A stretch of 20,875 nt of DNA from Octopus sinensis (Eukaryota): positions 1 through 20,875 of the forward strand of contig NW_021823888.1 in the NCBI RefSeq assembly GCF_006345805.1, read 5' to 3'. Shown one piece after another: positions 20,490 through 20,875 of this stretch. A program made the translations under genes and the position numbers. How positions within the stretch are numbered: the first letter of the stretch is position 1; each line of letters begins with the position of its first letter. The notes beneath the pieces are model-generated. The model saw only the letters and a list, made by a program, of their open reading frames with translations, was not told where the DNA came from and ran no database searches.

Positions 20490-20797
20490 TTGTTGTTTGT
20501 TCCATCTCGAGCCATGCCTGGCTCTTAAGGGTCGGTTTCCCGGTTTCTTGGCGTATAGGTTCCCCACCGGGACGTGACGCAGGGCCGTCGCAGGTGAGCT
20601 GCAAGATGCAGGAGGAAAGAATGAGAGAAAGTTGCGACGAAAGAGTCAACAGAGGTTTCGCCATTACCTTCTGCCGGAGCCGCGTGGAGTTTAAGTGTTT
20701 TCGCAAATAAACACACACATCGCCCTGTCTGAGATTCGAACCCGCGATCCCTCGACCGCGAGTCCACTGCTCTAACCACTAGGCCATGTGCCTCCAC
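20490..20797 (-). mobile_element. tRNA(Arg)-like-headed SINE with 11-bp TSD
   Basis: Minus strand GGAGGCACATGGCCTAGTGGTTAGAGCAGTGGACTCGCGGTC...GGTTCGAATC, with an (AAC)-like tail. TSD CTGGYGACAGT at 20479-20489 and 20798-20808. Confidence 0.92.
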
Positions 20798-20875
20798 CTG
20801 GCGACAGTAGAATCAACGAATATAGGCGAGGCGTAAAATAAACTGACGGGATGCGAAATTTAGAGGATAAATTCC

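Larger units (their letters stand above)
18966..20830 (+). mobile_element. Decayed R4/Dong-like (RLE) non-LTR retrotransposon: post-RT region, CCHC knuckle and endonuclease, with three insertions
   Basis: EYKRLLRLALKSKLKGWNKFRAINSW; LDKKARRQLT...RKNGGRRL; EQIWRTKYIK...CRMCGETGNAAWHILSEW; RHDNFARIV; VVENDRLKVVWD...RKPNIVFVDKEEKSCLIKDIADPGDS. Contains stops and frameshifts. Confidence 0.88.

Noticed and set aside
1-20875. CRISPR array or prokaryotic operon
   Set aside because: No regularly spaced repeat-spacer units, and the sequence is clearly eukaryotic.

Overview
AT-rich, microsatellite-dense animal genomic DNA, most likely an octopus or other coleoid cephalopod (inferred from the SINE families). 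The only host gene is the terminal homeobox exon of an Hmx/NK5 gene (+ strand, ~6143-6816); its upstream exon(s) are not recognisable here. The rest is repeats: many tRNA-derived SINEs, decayed RLE-type (R4/Dong-like) non-LTR retrotransposon pieces including a head-to-tail stack of five 3' ends, and a TIR/TSD-bounded MITE nested in an older foldback element. The most interesting signal is five type I hammerhead-ribozyme-like motifs in Penelope-like, non-coding elements. Two of them cap the outer ends of a ~3.3 kb inverted repeat (arms ~1.15 kb) built largely of microsatellite. Nearly all other ORF-track entries are microsatellite translation artefacts. All alignments and folds were done by eye.
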